A stretch of 64,000 bases of DNA, from positions 89,468,001 to 89,532,000 of the forward strand of contig NW_024704742.1 of the NCBI RefSeq assembly GCF_018977255.1. Direction: 5' to 3'. Both the position numbers and the translations under genes were made by a program. Below are positions 63,751-64,000 of the stretch, one piece after another (the stretch's first letter is position 1; each line of letters opens with the position of its first letter). The stretch comes from Callorhinchus milii. Taxonomy: Eukaryota. Under the pieces are notes generated by a model. That model saw only the letters and a program-made list of their open reading frames with translations, did no database searches and had not been told where the DNA came from.

Positions 63751-64000
63751 GAAATATATCTCCACTGATTCCTGCTTTCTTTACTTTCAGTACCAGCCTC
63801 TCAAGAGGAACAATATCAACAACAACAACAAAATTACATTTGTATAGCACCTTTCATGTTGGGAGGACGTCCTGAGGGGGGGATTGGGATTTGGGAGGGT
63901 GGAGGGCAGGGGGGGAAGCAGGATGATCAAAAGCATGGTTGAAAAGGAGGGTCTTGAGATAATAATAATAATCCTTGCATTTGATATAGCGCTTTTCACG

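Overview
This is vertebrate genomic DNA. The repeat repertoire (tRNA-Ala/Deu-domain SINEs with L2 tails, SacSINE-like DeuSINEs, an LF-SINE-like copy, L2 and CR1 fragments) points to a cartilaginous fish, probably a chimaera or elephant shark (inference). The only supportable protein-coding gene is the 3' half of ELAVL2 (HuB) on the + strand: exons 5601-5826, 7954-7992 (39-nt hinge cassette) and 9698-10025 (RRM3 and stop), followed by a repeat-free 3'UTR of about 2.3 kb. The remaining ~51 kb has no recognisable gene and is full of retroposons and small DNA-transposon relics. I found no convincing new protein-coding system. The most interesting non-coding observations are: (1) a ~710-bp near-identical direct duplication 14.2 kb apart whose right breakpoint lies inside a SINE; (2) five perfect hairpins plus one imperfect at 20.4-20.9 kb, joined to an unnamed repeat; (3) two L2 insertions at nearly the same site of a DeuSINE, one with a fold-back 5' junction; (4) SINE tails that keep the L2 stem but carry different 5-nt loops; (5) a 54-bp hAT element with perfect TIRs and an 8-bp TSD. 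Repeat family names are from recognition, not a database search.
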